Assembly (NCBI GenBank): GCA_964016885.1
Contig: OZ024743.1
Coordinates: 235,538,001 to 235,602,000, forward strand
Source of the DNA: Eledone cirrhosa
Taxonomy: Eukaryota
DNA: 64,000 nt
Reading direction: 5' to 3'
Both the position numbers and the translations under genes were made by a program. Numbering within the stretch: position 1 is the stretch's first letter; every line of letters starts with the position of its first letter. Under the pieces are notes generated by a model. The model was given only the letters and a program-made list of their open reading frames with translations, was not told the origin of the DNA and searched no databases. This document shows positions 1 to 13,637 of this stretch, in pieces.

Positions 1-3000
1 GTGTCACACACTGTGTCACATACTTTGTCACACTAACTGTAATATGTCTTCCATGTCACACTGTGTCACACTGACTGTAATATGGCTAGATATGTCACAC
101 ACTGTGTCACATTGACTATAATATGTCCAGACATGTCACACTGTGTCACACTGACTGTAATGTGTCCAACCATGTCACACTGTGTCACACTGACTGTAAT
201 ATATCCAACCATGTCCCATCTTGTCACACTGACTGTAATATGTCCAACCATGTCACTGTCACACTGACTGTAATATATCCAACCATGTCACACTGTGTCA
301 CACTGACTGTAAAATATTCAACCATGTCACACTGTGTCACACTGACTGTAATATGTCCAACCATGTCACACTGTGTCGCACTGACTGTAATATGTCCAAC
401 CATGTCACACTGTGTCACACTGACTGTAATATATCCAACCATGTCACACTGTGTCACACTGACTGTAATATGTCCAACCATGTCACTGTCACACTGACTG
501 TAATATATCCAACCATGTCACACTGTGTCACACTGACTGTAATATATCCAACCATGTCACACTGTGTCGCACTGACTGTAATATGTCCAACGATGTCACA
601 CTGTGTCACACTGACTTAATATATCCAACCATGTCACAGTATCACACTGACTGTAATATGTCCTCCATGTCACACTGTGTCTCAATGACTGTAATATATT
701 CAACCATGTCACAGTGTCACACTGTGTCACACTGACTGTAATATATCCAACCATGTCACAGTGTCATACTGACTGTAATATGTCCTCCATGTCACACTGT
801 GTCACACTGACTATAATATGTCCTCCATGACACACTGTGTCACACTGACTGTAATATGTCCAACCATGTCACTGTCACACTGACTGTAATATATCCAACT
901 ATGTCACAGTGTCACACTGACTGTAATATGTCCGACCATGTCACACTGTGTCACACTGAATGTAATTTGTCCAACCATGTCACACTGTGTCACACTGACC
1001 GTAATATGTCTAACCATGTCACACTGTCACACTGACTGTAATATGTCCAAACATGTCACACTGTGTCACACTGACTGTAATATGTGCAACCATGTCACAC
1101 TGTGTCACACTGACTGTAATATATCCAACCATGTCACACTGTGTCACACTGACTGTAATATGTCCAACCATGTCACACTGTCACACTGACTGTAATATAT
1201 CCAACCATGTCACAGTGTCATACTGAGTCAGATTGACTGTAATATATGCAACCATGTCACACTGTGTCACATTGACTGTAATATGTCCAGACATGTCACA
1301 CTGTGTCACACTGACTGTAATATATATTCCATGTCACAATGTGTCACACTGACTGATATATGTCCAAACATATCACACGGTGTCACACATTGTGTCACAC
1401 ACTGTGTCACATACTTTGTCACACTAACTGTAATATGTCTTCCATGTCACACTGTGTCACACTGACTGTAATATGGCTAGATATGTCACACACTGTGTCA
1501 CATTGACTATAATATGTCCAGACATGTCACACTGTGTCACACTGACTGTAATGTGTCCAACCATGTCACACTGTGTCACACTGACTGTAATATATCCAAC
1601 CATGTCCCATCTTGTCACACTGACTGTAATATGTCCAACCATGTCACTGTCACACTGACTGTAATATATCCAACCATGTCACACTGTGTCACACTGACTG
1701 TAAAATATTCAACCATGTCACACTGTGTCACACTGACTGTAATATGTCCAACCATGTCACACTGTGTCGCACTGACTGTAATATGTCCAACCATGTCACA
1801 CTGTGTCACACTGACTGTAATATATCCAACCATGTCACACTGTGTCACACTGACTGTAATATGTCCAACCATGTCACTGTCACACTGACTGTAATATATC
1901 CAACCATGTCACACTGTGTCACACTGACTGTAATATATCCAACCATGTCACACTGTGTCGCACTGACTGTAATATGTCCAACGATGTCACACTGTGTCAC
2001 ACTGACTTAATATATCCAACCATGTCACAGTATCACACTGACTGTAATATGTCCTCCATGTCACACTGTGTCTCAATGACTGTAATATATTCAACCATGT
2101 CACAGTGTCACACTGTGTCACACTGACTGTAATATATCCAACCATGTCACAGTGTCATACTGACTGTAATATGTCCTCCATGTCACACTGTGTCACACTG
2201 ACTATAATATGTCCTCCATGACACACTGTGTCACACTGACTGTAATATATTCAACCATGTCACAGTGTCACACTGACTGTAATATGTCCTCCATGTCACA
2301 CTGACTGTAATATGTCCAACCATGTAACAATGTCACATTGACTGTAATATGTCCTCCATGTCACACTGTGTCACACGGACTATAATATGTCCTCCATGTC
2401 ACACTGTGTTACACTGACTGTAATATATCCAACCATGTCACAGTGTGTCACACTGACTGTAATATGTCCAACCATGTCACTGTCACACTGACTGTAATAT
2501 GCCCAACCATGTCACACTCTGTAACACTGACTGTAATATATCCAACCATATCACAGTGTCGCACTGACTGTAATATGTCCAACCATGTCACACTGTCACA
2601 CTGACTGTAATATGTCCAACCATGTCACTGTCACACTGACTGTAATATATCCAACCATGTCACACTGTGTCACACTGACTGTAATATATCCAACCATGTC
2701 ACAGTGTCACACTGTGTCAGATTGACTGTAATATATGCAACCATGTCACACTATGTCACATTGACTGTAATATGTCCAGACATGTTACACTGACTGTAAT
2801 ATATCCTCCATGTCACAATGTGTCACACTGACTGATATATGTCCAAACATATCACACTGTAATATGTCTTCCATGTCACACTAACTGTAATATGTTCAAC
2901 CATATCACACTGTGTCACACTGACTATAATATGTCCTCCATGTCACACTGTGTCACACTGACTGTAATATGTCCCCCATGTCACACTGCGTCACACTGAC

Positions 3001-3115
3001 TATAATATGTCCAACCATGTCACACACTGTTTGTAATATGTCCAGACATATCACACACTGTGTCACACTGACTGTAATATGTCCAGACATATCACACACT
3101 GTGTCACACTGACTA
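1..3115. repeat. ~39-bp minisatellite (gtgtcacactgactgtaatatgtccaaccatgtcacact), runs off window start
   Basis: Directly visible tandem units with length variants; 1-857 is repeated at 1392-2248 (offset 1391, identical ORF translations in the track). Confidence 0.95.
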
Positions 3116-3298
3116 CATGTAATGAAATAGTCCGACTTTGTCACATATTGTATAACCCTTATTGTGTTTGGTAAATATGTTATGGGTAGATCTTGGGTAA
3201 AACAAGAGATATAGGGTAAAATAATAGGTAAAACATATCGATGACAAATTACAGAGCCAATCCTTTTACAACACAGCACAAAGAGAGATACAGAAAGA

Positions 3299-3440
3299 AT
3301 CGACGCCAGTACATGACTAGTACTTTATCGACTTGGAAACGCTGAAAGTCAATGTTGACCAGGGCGTGATTTGAACACAGACTGCAGTGAGTCAACTATT
3401 CAGACATAATCCAATGACCTAACCACTCTGCCACTTCTCC
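3299..3440 (-). mobile_element. Degenerate tRNA-derived SINE
   Basis: Reverse strand reads ...ggcagagtggttagg...gtgttcaaatc...ggtcaacattgactttcagcg...gtcgataaagtactag, collinear with the SINE copies at 8443-8648 and 59623-59814. Confidence 0.6.
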
Positions 3441-3629
3441 AGAGAAATACTGTAGCTGTGTTTTATATTGACACCAACAACTCTTCCTGGCAACTCTAAA
3501 CCAAAACATTGAAATCAATAAATGAGGGTCAAATATTGGGAATTAATTGATCGAAGTCTTTAATTGATGATTAATAACGTAGAACAGTATGTTACAACAT
3601 TCAATTGGCCAATTGATTAAACAATAATA

Positions 3630-3913
<284 letters not shown>

Positions 3914-3932
3914 TGTGTCGATGCTGTCGTTA

Positions 3933-4797
3933 AGGCGGTGGATTGCCAGAATTATTGACATGTTAAGTGAAGTACTTTTACTATTTCTTTACTGTATACC
4001 CTATATCCCGAGTTCAAACCCCACCAAGGTCAACTTTACTCTCCCACTCCCTATATCCCGAGTTCAAACCCCACCAAGGCCAACTTTACTCTCCAACTCC
4101 CTATATCCCGAGTTCAAACCCCACCAAGGTCAACTTTACTCTCCCACTCCCTATATCCCGAGTTCAAACCCACCAAGGCCAACTTTACTCTCCCACTCCC
4201 TATATCCCGAGTTCAAACCCCACCAAGGTCAACTTTACTCTCCCACTCCCTATATCCCGAGTTCAAACCCCACCAAGGCCAACTTTACTCTCCCACTCCC
4301 TATATCCCGAGTTCAAACCCCACCAAGGCCAACTTTACTCTCCCACTTCCTATATCCCGAGTTCAAACCCCACCAAGGCCAACTTTACTCTCCCACTCCC
4401 TATATCCTGAGATCAAACCCCACCAAGGCCAACTTTACTCTCCCACTCCCTATATCCTGAGATCAAACCCCACCAAGGTCAACTTTACTCTCCCACTCCC
4501 TATATCCTGAGATCAGACCCCACCAAGGTCAACTTTACTCTCCCACTCCCTATATCCCGAGTTCAAACCCCACCAAGGTCAACTTTACTCTCCCACTCCC
4601 TTTATCCTGAGTTCAAACCCCACTAAGGTCTACTTTACTCTCCCACTCCCTATATCCCGAGTTCAAACCCCACCAAGGCCAACTTCACCTTTCATCCTTC
4701 TGGGGCTTGATAAAGTAATGTACCAGTCATATATAACTGACTTCCCCCCACCACAGCTTGTTGACCGTCTGACTAAATTGAAAAACACTATTAATAT
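3933..4797 (+). mobile_element. tRNA-derived SINE with internal tandem amplification of its B-box segment
   Basis: 5' head aggcggtggattgccagaattattga; after the array the SINE body resumes (cctttcatccttctggggcttgataaagtaatgtaccag) and ends before a (CAT)n tract. Confidence 0.75.
3999..4686 (+). repeat. 50-bp minisatellite, 14 copies, each with GAGTTCAAAC (11 intact, 3 GAGATCA variants)
   Basis: Period 50 (ctatatcccg at 4001, 4051, 4101...). Confidence 0.95.
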
Positions 4798-4866
4798 CAT
4801 CGTCACCATCATCATCATCATCATCCTCATCATCATCAACACCACCATCATCATTATCATCAACAC

Positions 4867-4906
<40 letters not shown>

Positions 4907-4931
4907 GTCATCACCATCGTCATCATCACCA
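4797..4931. repeat. (CAT)n microsatellite
   Basis: Directly visible. Confidence 0.9.
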
Positions 4932-5479
4932 TTTTACATTCAACACCCTTCCAGCCACTAAACTCTGTGTTCCGGGTATCTAAACTATATTAAAGTAAGG
5001 AGTGCGGGACTGCGTACGGTTTATAATTTTTTATCCCGTTTGTAAAATAAGTTGGATTACATTGAATAAATAATGAATGAATATTACATAATTTATCTAC
5101 TAAATTTCGTGGCTGTTGATTAAATATATTTTATTGTTTATTTAAAGATTTACTTCTTTAAAATTTCTGCAATGTCAACACTTCAATTTGGCCATCGCTT
5201 AAATAAACATTCATATATTTCCGTCACTAATTTTCTCCTAATGCAGTTTATATATAATATCGTGTTTTTTTTTATGTATCATGGATTACGTTACTGATTA
5301 CATAAGACAGTGTAACGCAGTCTTCGTTCAATTTCTGTGTTTATTGTCAATTACGATGTTATTTGATGTATCATATCTACATATATATATATATACCTGC
5401 GTATAATATCAATATACACACTACACATGCTAGAAAAACACCACCAGAAATGTGGTTTTTCTGCTAGCGTTTTATAATG

Positions 5480-8090
5480 GTTATTATTATTGTTGTTGTT
5501 GCTATTATTGTTATTATGGTTATTAGTGTTATTACTATGGTTATTACTACAGTTACTGTTATTACTGTTGTTGTTGTGGTTATTACTACAGTTACTGTTA
5601 TTACTGTTGTCGTGGTTATTACTACAGTTACTGTTATTACTGTTGTAGTTGTTGTTGTTGTGGTTATTACTACAGTTACTGTTATTACTGTTGTTGTTGT
5701 GGTTATTACTACAGTTACTGTTATTACTGTTGTAGTTGTTGTTGTTGTTGTTGTGGTTATTACTACAGTTACTGTTATTACTGTTGTAGTTGTTGTTGTT
5801 GTGGTTATTACTACAGTTACTGTTATTACTGTTGTAGTTGTTGTTATTTCTATGGTTATTACAACAGTTACTGTTATTACCGTTGTGATTATTACTACAG
5901 TTACTGTTATTACTGTTGCTGTTGTTGTTATTGTTGTCGTTATTACTACAGTTACTGTTATTACTGTTGTTGTTGTTGTCGTTGTTATTACTACAGTTAC
6001 TGTTATTACTGTTGTTGTTATTGTTGTGGTTATTACTATAGTTAGTGTTATTACTGTTGTTGTTGTGGTTATTACTACAGTTAATGTTATTAGTGTTGTT
6101 GTTGTTGTTGTTGTGGTTATTACTACAGTTTCTGTTATTACTGTTCTTGTTGTGGTGGTTATTACTACAGTTACTGTTATTACTGTTGTTGTTGTGGTTA
6201 TTATTACAGTTACTGTTATTAGTGTTGTTGTTGTTGTTGTTGTTGTGGTTATTACTACAGTTTCTGTTATTACTGTTGTTGTTGTGGTTATTATTACAGT
6301 TACTGTTATTACTGTTGTTGTTGTTGTGGTTATTACTACAGTTACTGTTATTACTGTTATTGTTGTGGTTATTACTACAGTTACTGTTATTACTGTTGTT
6401 GTTGTGGTTAATACTACAGTTGCTGTTATTACTGTTGTTGTTGTTGTTGTTGTTGTGGTTATTACTACAGTTACTGTTATTACTGTTGTTGTTGTGGTTA
6501 TTACTACTGTTACTGTTATTACTGTTGTTGTGGTTATTACTACAGTTACTGTTATTACTGTTGTTGTTGTGGTTATTACTACTGTTACTGTTATTACTGT
6601 TGTTGTTGTGGTTATTACTACTGTTACTGTTATTACTGTTGTTGTGGTTATTACTACAGTTACTGTTATTACTGTTGTTGTGGTTATTACTACAGTTACT
6701 GTTATTACTGTTGTTGTGGTTATTACTACAGTTACTGTTATTACTGTTGTTGTTATTGTTGTGGTTAATATTACAGTTACTGTTATTACTGTTGTTGTTG
6801 TGGTTATTACTACAGTTACTGTTATTACTGTTGTTGTTATTGTTGTGGTTATTACTACAGTTACTGTTATTACTGTTGTTGTTGTGGTGGTTATTATTAC
6901 AGTTTCTGTTATTACTGTTGTTGTTGTGGTGGTTATTACTACAGTTATTGCTATTACTGTTGTTGTCGTTGTTATTACTACAGTTATTGCTATTACTGTT
7001 GTTGTTATTGTTGTGGTTATTACTATAGTTAGTGTTATTACTGTTGTTGTCGTTGTTATTACTACAGTTACTGTTATTACTGTTGTTGTTATTGTTGTGG
7101 TTATTACTATAGTTAGTGTTATTACTGTTGTTGTTGTGGTGGTTATTACTACAGTTACTGTTATTACTGTTGTTGTTGTGGTTATTACTACAGTTACTGT
7201 TATTAGTGTTGTTGTTGTTGTTGTTGTGGTTATTACTACAGTTTCTGTTATTACTGTTGTTGTTGTGGTTATTATTACAGTTACTGTTATTACTGTTGTT
7301 GTTGTTGTTGTTATTACTACAGTTACTGTTATTACTATTATTGTTGTGGTTATTACTACAGTTACTGTTATTAGTGTTGTTGTTGTTGTGGTTATTACTA
7401 CAGTTACTGTTATTACTGTTGTTGTTGTTGTTGTGGTTATTACTACAGTTACTGTTATTACTGTTGTTGTTATTGTTGTGGTTATTACTACAGTTACTGT
7501 TATTATTATTGTTGTTGTTGTGGTTAATATTACAGTTAATGTTATTACTGTTGTTGTTGTTATTGTTGTGGTTATGACTACAGTTTCTGTTATTACTGTT
7601 GTTGTGGTTATTACTACAGTTACTGTTATTATTATTGTTGTTGTTGTGGTTATTACTACAGTTACTGTTATTACTGTTGTTTTGGTTATTACTACAGTTA
7701 CTGTTATTACTGTTGTTGTTGTGGTTATTACTACTGTTACTGTTATTACTGTTGTTGTTGTGGTTATTACTACACTTACTGTGTATTACTGTTGTTGTTG
7801 TGGTTATTACTACAGTTACTGTTATTACTGTTGTTGTGGTTATTACTACAGTTACTGTTATTACTGTTGTTGTGGTTATTACTACTGTTACTGTTATTAC
7901 TGTTGTTGTTGTGGTTATTACTACAGTTGCTGTTATTGCTGTTGTTGTTGTTGTGGTTATTACTACAGTTACTGTTATTACTGTTGTTGTTGTTATGGTT
8001 ATAACTACAGTTACTGATATTTCTGTTGTTGTTGTTATTGTTGTTGTTATCAAACTATTGTTGTTATTGTTGTTGTTGCTATCAAACCAT
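5480..8090. repeat. Trinucleotide-based compound minisatellite ((GTT)n-gtggttattactacagttactgttattact)
   Basis: Directly visible; produces spurious poly-Asn/Val/Leu ORFs in several frames. Confidence 0.95.
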
Positions 8091-8442
8091 TGTTGTGATT
8101 GTTATCAAACCCTTGTTATTGTTATATATCGACATATCAATATCACCATACCCACAAAAGACAATCATTGTTTTTTTTAAAACCTTTTCTTCCGCCATAT
8201 TTGTTGTTTGATTTTATTTATTAATTTATTGTCTGATATTTTAGCAGACGCCAAATATTTTTCCCAGTTGTGGGGGCGTGTTTCCTGGTCAGAAATGTAA
8301 AAGGTCGCTGAGCACAACAAGCAGTTTTAAATGTCTGTTTGTTGCGGCTGTTTTTATCATAATAAACTAGAAATGTTTTCATGAAATTTCTATTCACCTT
8401 TTCAGTTAACTCCAAACGAATTAGAAGTTATTAATTTTGAAA

Positions 8443-8648
8443 TAATAATAATATTAATAATTGTTTCTACTTTTGGCACAAGGTCAGCAATTATCCCAGT
8501 GCATTACTGGTACTTTATTTTATCGACCATGTAAGGATGAAAAGCAGAGTTAACCTCGGTGGAGTTTGAACTCACAATGGTAAGGGCCGTAATTCTATGC
8601 GTCAAAGCATGCTGTCCGACCCTCTACCGATACTTCCAATCCCCGCCC
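8443..8648 (-). mobile_element. tRNA-derived SINE with (TTA)n tail
   Basis: Minus strand: gggcggggattggaagtatcggtagag (A-box-like) ... gagttcaaactcc (B box) ... cttttcatccttacatggtcgataaaataaagtaccag ... ccttgtgccaaaagtagaaacaattatt; closely similar to the + copy at 59623. Confidence 0.85.
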
Positions 8649-8714
<66 letters not shown>

Positions 8715-8720
8715 AATAAT
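8649..8720. repeat. (TAA)n microsatellite
   Basis: Directly visible. Confidence 0.95.
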
Positions 8721-10147
8721 GTATGCAATTTGGTATTAGTAAGTGTGGAGTCCTTGTGATGAAGAGAGGGTAAATTGAGCAGAAGCAACGGAATCCAGGT
8801 ACCAACAGGTGAGATGATAAAGGAAATTGACACTGAAGAAGGATACAAGTATTTGGGTGTTCTGGAGGCTGATGACATCAAGAACAAAAAAATGAAGCAA
8901 TTGATAAGATCTGAATACATTCGGAGAGTAAGGAGCGTATTAAAGTCACATCTGAACAGTAGGAATGCCATAAGTGCAGTAAATTCCCGAACTGTGTCTA
9001 TTATTAGGTACAGTGCGGGAATTGTGAGATGGAATGTTGCTGAACAAAAAGAAATGGATAGGAAGACTAGGAAGCTATTGACTATCTACAACATGTTCCA
9101 CAAGAGGAGTGATGTCGATAGACTCTACTTAAGGAGATCTGAAGGTGGAAGAGGTCTTATCAGCATAGAGGACTGTGTTCAGATGGAGAAAAACAACCTA
9201 CACAAATACGTGACTGATAGTAGGGAGCCAATGCTCAGAACTGTATTGAAGGAGAGGACAATAGACCAGGAGATTTCCAAGGAGGAAATAACAACAAGGA
9301 GAAAGAGTAGCCTTCATTAAAAATCCCTTCATAGTACCTTCTTTGAGAAAACTGAATTCAGAGATCCACAAACATGGAACTGGTTGAAAAGAGGAGACCT
9401 TAAAAAGGCTACAGAAGGAATGTTAATGGCTGTGCAAGAGCAGGCTCTCAAAACGAAGTGGTTGAAACACCATATTTACAAGGAGGAGGCTAGCCCACTG
9501 TGCAGGATCTGTGGAGAGAGAGGAGACTGTGGCTCACATTGTATCCGAGTGTAAACACCTAGCCCAGACTCACTATAAGGGCTGGAGACATGATGTAATG
9601 GGCAGGGTGATCCACTGGCACCTATGCAAAGTAAACAATTTACCACATTCTGAGAAGTGGTATGAGTATAAGCCAGAGGCGGTGATAGAAAACGATCAGG
9701 TGAAGGTGCTGTGGGATTTTAGGATACAGACGGACAAGAAACTGGAACACAATAGACCTGACCTGGTGGTTTTGGACAAAGAAAAAAAGATCGTGCCTGA
9801 TTGTGGATGTGGCCTGCCCATTCGACACGAGAGTGCAGAGAAGGAGAGGGAGAAAATTAACCGATACCAGGACTTAAAGTGGAAGGTAAAAAGGATTTGG
9901 AACTGCCATGAAGTCAAAGTGGTCCCGATTGTCATAGGCACACTAGGTACTATCTCAAAAAGTGTCCAGGGATGGTTAAAGAAAATTGGCCCCGCCACGC
10001 TTTTTGGAACGCTTCAAAAGGCATGCTTGCTGGGAACAGCAACAACCCTTCGATACTTCCTGAATATCTGAGGCTGCAGGTAGTGGCTTGATATTCATTT
10101 CAACAAACTTTCCAGTTAACTAACATCAATGACTGAGACTCAAAGAG
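8721..10147 (+). mobile_element. 5'-truncated R4/Dong-like non-LTR retrotransposon with restriction-like endonuclease (pseudogenised)
   Basis: RT thumb YKYLGVLE and RLYLRRSEGGRGL; CCHC finger (CRIC..ETVAHIVSEC); RHD motif; RPD-type RLE (WDFRIQTDKKLEHNRPDLVV; EKINRYQDL; VPIVIGTLG); stop at 9318-9320 and frameshifts; 3' UTR ends in (TAA)n; 5' flank is (TAA)n. Confidence 0.9.
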
Positions 10148-10472
10148 TAATAACAATAATAATAATAATAATAATAATGATTTCTTTATTGGCCACAAGG
10201 GCTGACATCAAGAAAAACATTACAGACGGTACAGGACGGTACGATGTGGGTTTTGTGCGTGTAAATATTTTTATTATTTATATAAGAAAAGAAAAAAAAA
10301 GGACATAAAACATATATATATATAAACAATAAAAATGAAAATTGAAACAATGAAAAATTCCCCAATAGGAGGTAAACCTCCGAGGGTTACTCGTGGTGAA
10401 AACCACACAAAAGACTACGGCCACCCTGACCACCAGGGCAAGCGCCCTCTCTCAATTTTTCCATCTCTCAAA

Positions 10473-13400
10473 CTACAGACGTATATTCAGAGTGGTTACG
10501 TTCACTTGGACCATTCTCGCTACATTCACCCACCTTTCAACAAACTTGCTAGATGGCAGCACTTGCCTCTCCACCCTGATTTTCCTCTTCAAGTGAAACT
10601 TGAAAAAGTTAATTAGGGATTCGCCGAAGAGGAAAGTGTCTGTCTTTAACCCTTTTAACCTTGTCCACCACACAATCTCTTTCGCCATGGCCACCAGGCA
10701 GATGAAAACCGCCTGCCCTTCCTCCTCGAAGGAAGACGGCGAGACCATCTGCACAATGGATTCAGTCGACAACCGGATCAGTCCCACACGTGACAGCAAC
10801 TGTTCGACATAGCTCCACAAGTCAGCAATACTCGGGCACTGAACGAGTGCGTGCACGACGGTTTCGTCGCTCTGCGCGCATCTCGGACAGGCTCGGCTGA
10901 CGGCACTTCCGTGCCTGTAGAGCTTATCTCGAACCGGCAGCGCTCCCCGGTAGCACTGCCAGGCCAGGGATTTTTGGAAGTTATCCGGAAGAGAGCAAAC
11001 AGCTGATCTTCGACACCCAGGATCTCTCCGAGAATGTCGTCGCTCTTCCCCTCCACTAGTCCTCTATAGAACGCCGAGGTGGATGTTCCACCGATACTTG
11101 TGCCCAGCTGGCAGAGGGCAGTGAGCGCCTGGAGGCCTTCCAGTTTCCAAGCGCTATCCCTCGGTCTTTTTCTGACCCAGGACTGCAGCTCCGTCAAGGA
11201 GACGAGCTGTGGAAAAATGTGCCTGGCGAACGGCGACCACACCTGTTCACCATCAAGGAAGCACCAGAGATGTCGCAGCCTCGGCGCAGGCTTGCGCATC
11301 ATCAGCCATGGCATGCTCAGTCCTCCACGTAACGGGTGTTGACAGCAGATGGATCGTCTGACCATTGGAGCGCGTCCCTTCCACAAAAAGCGGAAGAGAA
11401 GGCGCTCCATTTTGGTGAGAGTTGGGCTGGAGCAAGGGACGACGGTGAGGCGGTAGCAGATGACGGATGCGATGTACGCATTTTCCACCTCCACCCGGCC
11501 TTTCAGGGACAGCTTCCTCTCAGCCCATTTCTGGGTGAGGGAGGCCACCCAGCTCGTCACCTCGTTCCAGTTTTTCTCCATCTGGAGGTCCGGTCCGAAC
11601 CAGACCCCGAGCAATTTAACCGGTCCGTCCGTCCAACGCCCCACGACGCTGTCGGGCGGCATGGACTTGCCTCTCCAGGTGCCGAGCTGCAAGCCCACCG
11701 ACTTTTCCTGGTTTATCTTTGCTCCTGTCACCGTTTCGTATTCCTTGAGAGCGGTGCCGAGCATCTGGACGTGTCTGGTGCTCGACACCACCACGGTGAC
11801 GTCGTCAGCGTAAGCCGACTCGGATTTCCGCATCCAGGTTCGCGTGGGACGCCCCTCATCGCCCCCAGTTTGTGCAGTAACGGCTCGAGAGCCAATACGT
11901 ACAAGAGGGACAAGTGGGGACAACCCTGGCGGACTGAGCGCATGATGCTGAACGGCTGCGACAGGTGACCGTTCACCCTCACAACTGAGCAGATGTCGTT
12001 GTACATTGCTGCGATCCAACCCCTGAAAACGGGCCCGAAACCGGCTGCCTCGAGGACCGTCGCCAGGTACCGATGGTCGACCCTATCGAATGCTTTGGAT
12101 TGATCCAAGTTGATCAGGGCCACACCCTTGCCAGGTTCCTTAACCCCCTCTCTATGATGTATCGCATGAGGTGGAGGTTGTCGTGTATGGATCTGTCCGG
12201 AATGGCGCATGTCTGCGCCTCTCCCACCAGACCCTTGACGACAAGCGCCAACCTCGTTGCTAACACCTTGGCCAAAATCTTGAACTCTGCGTTTAGCAGG
12301 GTTATGGGCCTGAAATTATCGATAACATCCTCCTTGTTCGGGTCTTTTCTCAGCAGCGCCACTGCTCCCCGGCTCACAAAACTGGGAATGCTCCCGTTCT
12401 GCTAAGAGGTCACCGAACAAGTCTGGCATAAATGCATAAAGTTCGTAGGGCAGACCATCCAAACTTGGCGATTTACCCCTTGTGCAGTTAGCTATCGCTT
12501 CCCGTATTTCACCGGTTGTTATTGGCTTTTCGCAACACTGTGCTACGGTCGTCGAGAGCCGAGGCAGTCCGTCGAGGTATGCACTGAAGTCCATGCCCCG
12601 ATCCGGGCCGCCGCCGCTCCCGAACAGTTCAGCAAAGTGCTGTTGAAAAGCTTCACACATCCGCTCGGGTTCGAGCATCACGCACCCGTTTTGGTCAGAC
12701 AAAGACCGAATTGTGGCTTTGTTGTCACGTCGCGCCTCTGCCACCCGGGCCCATTGGACGACTTTTTTCCCCTCGTGTTTCAGAGCACGCGCTCTAGCTC
12801 TGACAACGCAGCCTTCGTGTTTTGCGTTGAATAATTGGTCGAGTGCCAATCTCGCCGCAAGCACGTCGGTTGCGATGCCTGTCCTAAACGCCTCTTCTAG
12901 CTTTCTGACTACCTCTCTCTCTACTCTATTTTCCTCTATCACTACTCCTTTGCTAAACCTAATCGACTCTACTTTAATTGCTCTTTTCAGGGCGAACCAC
13001 CACCTGTTGTTGACGTCCGCTCCCGTCAACGCCCGCTTAACTAATACGCTAATCCGGTCTCTGTAGGCTTTGCGCGCCGGGAAAGACGCGTTCAGCTTCC
13101 AGTAACCAGGCCCTTGTCTATGAAGTCTGTCTATGTCGATCTCACAGATCACAAATTTGTGGTCTGTGTAGTCGACTATTTCAAATTGTGGACAACTTAT
13201 ACTAGCCTTATCTAGTTCTCTGCAGAATACCCTATAGAGATACGATCTGTATGACCCGATGCGGTTTGTCCATGTCCACATTGGCACATTCGGTTGATCC
13301 AGTCGATACCTGTCAGACAATTCAAAACGTCTGAGCAGGTTGGTGAGGCTCTTGCACCCTCCTCCCTATCCACTACCCCCACACGATCCCAGCGTGCATC

Positions 13401-13637
13401 CAAGATACCGTTCCAGTCGCCCACTAACACTAAAGAGCGGGACGTTCCAAGAAAGGTCTCTAGACGTCTGAAGAAATCTGGCCGTCTTGCCCCTGTTGGG
13501 GCGTAGACGGCTACTAGCCTGAAAGCATTGCCTTCGCTGCCGGTCACGTCCAGCACCACCGACTTACCTTCTGGGTCTAGGAAGATGGCCCGTATCGCGA
13601 GATCCAAGCCTCTCCGAAAAAGGATGGCAACCCCTCC
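10473..13637 (-). pseudogene. Tx1-like ORF2 (EN-RT-ZnF) of copy A, fragmented
   Basis: Track ORFs 13212-13607, 12316-13320, 12114-12377, 11728-12210, 10778-12019, 10473-10856 are successive frames of one ORF2. Confidence 0.85.

Noticed and set aside
1-3115. Cys/His-rich repeat ORFs (HVTLCHTDCN) as metal-binding proteins
   Set aside because: Translations of a 39-bp minisatellite with frequent frame-breaking unit variants.
5351-8180. 900-aa Asn-rich and 846-aa Val/Thr-rich ORFs
   Set aside because: Open on both strands and in several frames simply because the trinucleotide-based repeat lacks stops; no domain, splice or codon evidence.
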